This document shows positions 60,962-64,000 of a stretch of 64,000 nt of DNA, piece after piece; within the stretch, counting starts at the first letter, position 1, and each line of letters opens with the position of its first letter. Made by a program: the position numbers and the translations under genes. The stretch is from the NCBI GenBank assembly GCA_964187785.1, contig OZ076420.1, positions 28,892,001-28,956,000 of the forward strand, written 5' to 3'. The stretch comes from Amphiscolops sp. MND2022 (taxonomy: Eukaryota). Below the pieces are notes generated by a model. The model was not told the DNA's origin, searched no databases, and was given only the letters and a program-made list of their open reading frames with translations.

Positions 60962-63900
60962 TGTAACGGCAAGCAGTTATCGGTCGCTTAACACGTCAAC
61001 AGAGGTGGAGGAACCTGCAGGAATGGGTGATTCGCTCGGGACAGGCGCCCATCGCCACAGATCCATTTTGCCTCCAGGGGTGAAATACGTCCCGGGGCCG
61101 CGGGTGCTTCGACGAATACTGTCCAACCGGTCCTAGTCTTTGATTGCTAATAGTAACGGGCATCTTTCTGACTCTCTAAAGACCACCGCTTAACTAGCAT
61201 ATAAAAACAATGCCAAGAATAAGGTAAATTTCCAGTTCCAGGGTGACATGTGAATAAGATCTAAAATTGGGGAATAAGATCTAAACTAGCGCTAACGCTA
61301 CTGAATACAGCCAAAATCACTGAAAATACATGAAAACAGGCACGAATATGGCAAACCACACAGCTAAAAAGCTGGGGCGCAGGGGCTCCAAGCACCAAAC
61401 AAGGACAATTAGGCGAAAAGACTCATTTTTACGGTTTCCGCTACATAAGGTAGCATAATGCTGAAAATCGATAAAACCGGTGTTAGCACCTCAAAAAGAG
61501 TCTATTTTCGGATGTTCTTGCCGTCTCTGGCTTCTGTCATGGCGGCGCGCCCGTGTTTTTGCTCGTTCTTGCTCTTTGTTGTCGAAGTACCTGCCAATTT
61601 CGTGGAAACAGCGAAAAGAGCAATCACATGCTCAGTGCCACGTCACACATCGGATTAGAATTTTTGACAAAATTTCTCAACATGTCAAAGTTGCAAAATC
61701 GGTTGATATTGCTGTACCAGAGCTTGCCGTTACATCACTCCCCGGGCTTTATGCATGACGTCCCTGTCATGCGGAGAAGCTGGCATTGAATACATCGCCA
61801 CATCATGAGTGCAATCCACGGGGGTCTCAAACTGGTGATGTTGCAACGGTCCAGTGGCACTGTCATCTTTTGCTGATTGGGCAACCATGAGGTCTTGCTT
61901 CTTGCCATCCAGAGAACCTGCATCGTCCACAAACTGTTGAAACAGAGCTACCTCGAGAGCTAGAAAACCAGTACTCAAAAATGCACCTTGAAATTGATCA
62001 AATCCAAAATTCCATATATCAATCAAAAAAGCACCAGTTTTTTAGCACGAGTTTTCAGTTTTCTGCAAAAGTCTGAATAGGATACTGCTAGCACTTTGGT
62101 TTTTGGACGTCTAAAATTTCTTTTACGGAGCGCTCACGCTCCAAAGCGCACGTGGTTCTCAGCAAAACATCTTTTCCACGGCAATTAAATTTCAGTATGA
62201 AGCACAGTTAAAAGTTCTTTTCGCTAAAACTTCTTTTCAGCAGTAAAACCACTGTTTAAAAGGAAGACAAGCTGTTTCTTTGATACTTTTTTTACAGTTC
62301 GGCTTGGTTTGGGCAACACGCACTGATGTGCAGCTCCATACCTGTATAGAGTTCAGTAGCATCTGTCAAGGAGCGCATCAGAAGCAAACTACGAACTGCT
62401 CGTAAGAGTAAGCACTGGAGTAAAGCAGACAAAGGTAGATCAAATCCTGCCATTTGCAGATCAGGAGCGCGCGCGCTACTTATTTTTCCGGATATCACGT
62501 TGGAATCTGGAGGAAACTTTTGGAAATCTTGGAAAAGAAAAACAAAAATAGCACCTTTCGGGCGTAGCAATACATGTAGAGTTTTTGGGTTATTTATTGA
62601 ATTAACAGAAGTATTTGATTTCAAACATCTCAAATAAAACTAGAACAAAAATGTCGCGACGTACGTTTACATGACTACTAAAATTACGAAACAAAGTTGC
62701 AGAAGAAACTGCTCCAACAAGAACATCACGCTGCAAGGTATCCATTACTAAACGTAGTGATATCCTCCAGGCGTTATCCAATTGAGTTGATGAGTGTAGG
62801 GGTGTTTGTCTTCAACTGAGGCTCCCCGGGCCTTAGTTGACTCCCCGGGCCTTAGTTGTTGAGCACCCTCTTTCACATGATGATAGTGAGGAATGGACAA
62901 AATTGAATGCCTGACATAAAAATGCAGCAGGACAAATTAAGCGTTGACGACACCTCCTCCCCCTTTGAAAAGAAGTGGAGTGTGGTTTGGACTGGATAGA
63001 CATCACCATCCAATAGCAGCATGACGTGCAACAAGCATGAAGCATCAGGAAATCCGATAGAGAAAACTGTGGAGACTGGGTCTGTCTCAAGACTGGAATA
63101 GTTGTTCGGAGGACGGCCACGCCTATGTCCCTTCGGTCGAAGCGACCATGGTAAAGCTGGGCGTGGTGGACGGCCACGGCGACGTCCATCATAAAGGGAC
63201 AACAGAACTTTTTGCCATGAGTGCTCAAAGTCTGTGCGCGGTGGTCGACCACGTCTATGACCAGTTGGTCGAGTTTTAGCTGAACCACCAGGCAACCAAT
63301 TGATGAAGACTGGCGGGTCCACCTGAATAAAATCCTGTAGCCCACGTTTAGCAGAATGTGGCTCCAAGGAGTCTTTCAGCAAATTCGGTAGCAACTTCGT
63401 AGTTGATATTAGGGACTTTGTTCCAGGGAAGTGAGAGTTGCTTACAGAATCTTGCGATAAGGAAGTGGAGGGTGAGATTGATATTCGTTCATTCTTCGTA
63501 TCACTTGAGTAGAGGTTGCGCTCGCGCAACCCATTATCACCGGCGTGATATTCAGGCAAAGTGTCAGTAATACCTATAGTTGTAGTGTCCAAAGATATTG
63601 GGTCCACCCCCATGTCTTTTGTTAGCGGTGTCAATGGTTCTGATTTGACGTCGTTTGAAACATTGATCTCGGCATTTCTGAGGTGTGCCTGCACTTCTGC
63701 ATTTATCGACTGCATTTGTGCTAGCACTCGTGCTAACAATTTCTCCATACGTATCTCACTTTGTACCAACGAGATTGATATTTCACCCATCTGTTGCTCC
63801 AGGGCCTCTAATTGTTGATCCTGTTTCTGATAAAACTGAATACTGGCTTCATGGAGAGAAGATCTTTTAGACGACGATACTAAACTAGGACTGGGAGTCC

Positions 63901-64000
63901 TTATGCTCCTCTCCGGCTCGGTATCCTGAGAGTTAGATGGCATTGAGTCTAGAAAATTGGAGACAGGTTTGAAACTATCCTCCAAAGGCCAATCTTTCAA
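60962..64000 (-). mobile_element. Second, divergent member of the AT-hook LTR family (3' part; runs off the window)
   Basis: 3' LTR 61734-60962 (773 bp, TGTAACGGCAAGC...GCTTGCCGTTACA) preceded by CCCGGGGAGTGA. The 3' UTR and ORF are colinear with 45150-48149. Confidence 0.9.
62873..64000 (-). CDS. Intact (at least 375 aa) coiled-coil + 3x AT-hook-like ORF of the LTR element
   Basis: Stop-free to the window edge. DWPLEDSFK, QKQDQQLEALEQQM, TKDMGVDP, NSHFPGTKS, LPGGSAKTRP, HRRGRPP, RRRGRPP and HRRGRPPNNY are shared with 45070-46299. Confidence 0.82.
   Translation of the reverse strand: MKDWPLEDSFKPVSNFLDSMPSNSQDTEPERSIRTPSPSLVSSSKRSSLHEASIQFYQKQDQQLEALEQQMGEISISLVQSEIRMEKLLARVLAQMQSINAEVQAHLRNAEINVSNDVKSEPLTPLTKDMGVDPISLDTTTIGITDTLPEYHAGDNGLRERNLYSSDTKNERISISPSTSLSQDSVSNSHFPGTKSLISTTKLLPNLLKDSLEPHSAKRGLQDFIQVDPPVFINWLPGGSAKTRPTGHRRGRPPRTDFEHSWQKVLLSLYDGRRRGRPPRPALPWSLRPKGHRRGRPPNNYSSLETDPVSTVFSIGFPDASCLLHVMLLLDGDVYPVQTTLHFFSKGEEVSSTLNLSCCIFMSGIQFCPFLTIIM

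Overview
AT-rich, repeat-dense eukaryotic (probably invertebrate metazoan) scaffold window with a 200-N gap at 51709-51908. The repeat style recalls acoel flatworm assemblies, but that is an unverified recollection. Most of the window is transposon-derived. It contains a degenerate BEL/Pao element split by a 4.1-kb TA-flanked TIR element, a complete old Ty3/Gypsy element with a 5-bp TSD, two more Gypsy pol relics, a LINE relic, many Helentron/DINE-1-like non-autonomous repeats, MITEs, and a 2.93-kb x3 tandem array whose middle unit looks chimeric. Host coding sequence comprises a SNAP29-like exon, an intronless divergent 7TM receptor ORF and spliceable minus-strand exons of a probable membrane or 7TM protein. 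There are two leading observations. (1) A 7.65-kb LTR element has paired LTRs, a PPT and a tRNA-Arg-like PBS but no recognisable gag, protease, RT or integrase. Its one long reading frame encodes a coiled coil plus three AT-hook-like RRGRPP motifs and is conserved in frame in a second, divergent, opposite-strand copy at the window end. (2) Two unrelated TSD-flanked solo LTRs each carry a gag-like ORF that starts inside the LTR and runs out of its 3' end. Identities quoted are by-eye estimates and no database search was run.
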